A stretch of DNA of 63,791 nt, counting the filler, from Octopus bimaculoides (Eukaryota): NCBI RefSeq assembly GCF_001194135.2. It is 6 parts of 5 records of this genome, joined end to end, with 100 filler letters (N's around TTAATTAATTAA, not from the genome) between each part and the next. Parts side by side here need not be neighbours in the genome. Positions count along the whole stretch, not along the records: positions 62,591 to 63,791 come from NW_026309842.1; 5 more parts are not named here. The stretch is one strand, 5' to 3'. Each line of letters begins with the position of its first letter. Position 1 is the stretch's first letter. Below the pieces are notes generated by a model. The model was given only the letters and a program-made list of their open reading frames with translations, was not told where the DNA came from and did no database searches. Shown in pieces: positions 63,749 through 63,791 of the stretch. The translations under genes and the position numbers were made by a program.

Positions 63749-63791
<43 letters not shown>

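Overview
Repeat-rich, AT-rich eukaryotic DNA from a gappy draft assembly. The SINE families and microsatellite load resemble an octopus (cephalopod) genome; this is an inference from recognised repeats. One host gene is well supported: a plus-strand aquaglyceroporin (AQP3/7/9/10 class). Its four coding exons are at 40225-40302, 44432-44552, 49613-49750 and 55167-55206+, the last cut off by a gap. I could not find the exons for the second NPA half. A weaker candidate minus-strand gene starts near 18.7-19.0 kb. The rest is mostly mobile DNA: two decayed Merlin/ISXO2 transposons (one with ~690-bp TIRs and an 8-bp TSD), internally deleted mariner/Tc1 elements, fold-back MITE-like hairpins, R4/Dong, CR1-like and L1/Tx1 LINE fragments, at least three tRNA-derived SINE families and many microsatellites. 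Nearly all long ORFs in the track are N-gap or microsatellite artefacts. I found no convincing new multi-gene system. The best leads are a Ser in place of the aromatic selectivity-filter residue of the aquaporin, long hairpins flanking its exons (possible ADAR substrates), the Merlin architectures, a complex inverted/direct duplication, a hammerhead-like Penelope motif and the unidentified minus-strand gene. All alignments were done by eye.
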